Positions 62,479 to 64,000 of a DNA stretch of 64,000 bases are shown piece after piece. The position numbers were made by a program, and so were the translations under genes. Under the pieces are notes generated by a model, which saw only the letters and a list, made by a program, of their open reading frames with translations, did not search any database and had not been told where the DNA came from. Position 1 is the first letter of the stretch. Each line of letters opens with the position of its first letter. This stretch comes from Lama guanicoe (lineage: Eukaryota), in NCBI GenBank assembly GCA_013239625.1, contig MU053379.1, forward strand, positions 922,974 through 986,973, written 5' to 3'.

Positions 62479-63584
62479 ATTCAGTGGAATCATTAGGAAA
62501 TATAGTCAATGACAGTTTCCAACAGTAGATCAGCCATGAAAAATAACCTGGAAACTAGGAAAGAAAACCTAAGAAAAATACAGCATTCATCCAGGTGGTC
62601 TGACATCGGGCTAAGATGAGTTTCGGTGGAGGGGAAGCAAAAAACAAAGAAAAACAGAGGGAGGGGGAGATTATCAAGGGAATTATACAATAAAATGACC
62701 AGAATGAAAGGAAGTGATTTTTGTGTGGGAAATTCCTTTAAAGGCAAATCATCAGGGATGTCAGAGCTCTAGGGTCGAAGAACCAGAGAGGAGAAGAGAA
62801 GTGCCTTTGGGGGTTCTTTGGTGTAAGTACCCTTCCACTCCCCGCACTGTCCCTGAGGATTCGGCTGCTGAGTCAGTTAAGACTCCATCCGCCTCCCAGC
62901 CCCTCCTCTTCACGTCTGTGGGGTTTGTCTCTGCTTACTGTCACCTGAGCCAGGATTCAGGAAGGAGTCCCGGTGAAAGATGGGTTACACTAGATCCGGG
63001 AGGCCAGGAGGGGACAGAGGAACAGTGCAGAGCCGGACACACCACAGTGCAGCTCCGTGTGGGGAAGCTCTCTCCCCTGGAGGAACCTGGGGCCAGAGAG
63101 AGAAACAGGTGATCTGTCAGCCTGACGGTCAAAGCCAACGTGAAGCCAGGGGTTTCTTCTGTCTAGTCACCTAGTCTTTTCACACTGCTTGCTTGGGGCA
63201 TTGACGTAACTCCAGCCTCCTGAAATAATACCGGGGCTTTTCCCCATCCAACTCAAATAATGAACGTGCAACTACCAAGACAGTGCATCACCCCCATCAG
63301 CCCGGGGCTAGGCGCGCCTTCTGCAAACATGCACCCGCCCAGCCGGCGAGGTCATTTCCAGGCCAGCCAGCAGGCAGCGGAGGAGGGACTTGTCAAGAGA
63401 AGCTGGGGCAAAGGGAGAAGACTCTAGAGTCTCGGGTGGAGACTTAGAGCCATCGAACACAGTCCTCCCCCTAATTCATAGCTCCTGGGCCAGCTCTCAG
63501 TACTAACTACCTCCAGACCCCAGATGAGTCACTTAGCATCTCTGCACCTCAGTTTCTTCACCTGTGAAGTGGGGAGAGGCCTGT

Positions 63585-64000
63585 AGTGGATGCTGTTGGG
63601 GCCTTGCCCATAACCAGTAGACCCTTAGCATTTCTGTGCATAGCTTTGCCTGCGGTCTTTCTCTAGCCCAAGAGCCCGCTCTGCCTGGCTGCTTAGAAGT
63701 ACTAGAGAATTAACACTCCCAGGAGCAGCCGTCAACCAAAACTAACAGGAGTTGGGGTATAAATACTCCAGGTCCTGAGGGCCAGAGAGCCCTTAAGTAC
63801 GAGTTGCAGTCTCCCAGAGCCCTCCAGCAGGACTGACATCCAGCTGGTCGCGGTGATGCGCTTGATAATACAGTAAGACTCCAGTGATGGCTGCCCCCCA
63901 CTCTCTGTCTCACTCCTCCACACCGCCCCCCCCCCGCCCCCGGAGATCACCTCCCATAGAAAGTCCTTGCCCTTGAACTCTTATAACAAGGTCAGCTTCT
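63585..64000 (+). mobile_element. ERVL LTR (LTR16-like), running off the window end
   Basis: gcagccgtcaaccaa...ggggtataaatactccagg...ggagatcacctcccatagaaagtccttgcccttgaactctt. Confidence 0.65.

Noticed and set aside
1..64000. CRISPR array, operon or other prokaryotic system; a named host gene
   Set aside because: Sequence is mammalian repeat-rich DNA with no regularly spaced repeat-spacer array, and no exon matched a gene I recognise

Overview
Mammalian genomic DNA, most likely a camelid: there are five short tRNA-derived SINEs of the camelid Vic-1-like type and no Alu-like elements. The window is mostly intergenic or intronic and rich in repeats (L1, L2, MIR, MaLR/ERVL/ERV1 LTRs, hAT and TcMar fossils), and about 53.7-62.8 kb is a nested L1/HAL1 pile. 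I recognise no intact protein-coding gene and cannot name the locus; nearly all ORFs in the track are GC-rich, microsatellite or L1 artefacts. Non-repeat structure includes CpG islands at about 10.2-10.9, 31.1-31.9 and 37.1-37.8 kb and an AP-1/NF-kB motif cluster at about 5.9-6.1 kb. The main candidate is a chain of minus-strand exon-like segments at about 37-44.4 kb that splice in compatible phases to a protein-like sequence with stop codons, possibly an unannotated or decayed gene. Other oddities are a near-perfect 373-bp tandem duplication, two apparently chimeric retrotransposition products, a possible mRNA retrocopy and a pogo/Tc2 transposase fossil. Repeat family names are from recalled consensus sequences, not from a search, and most boundaries are approximate.
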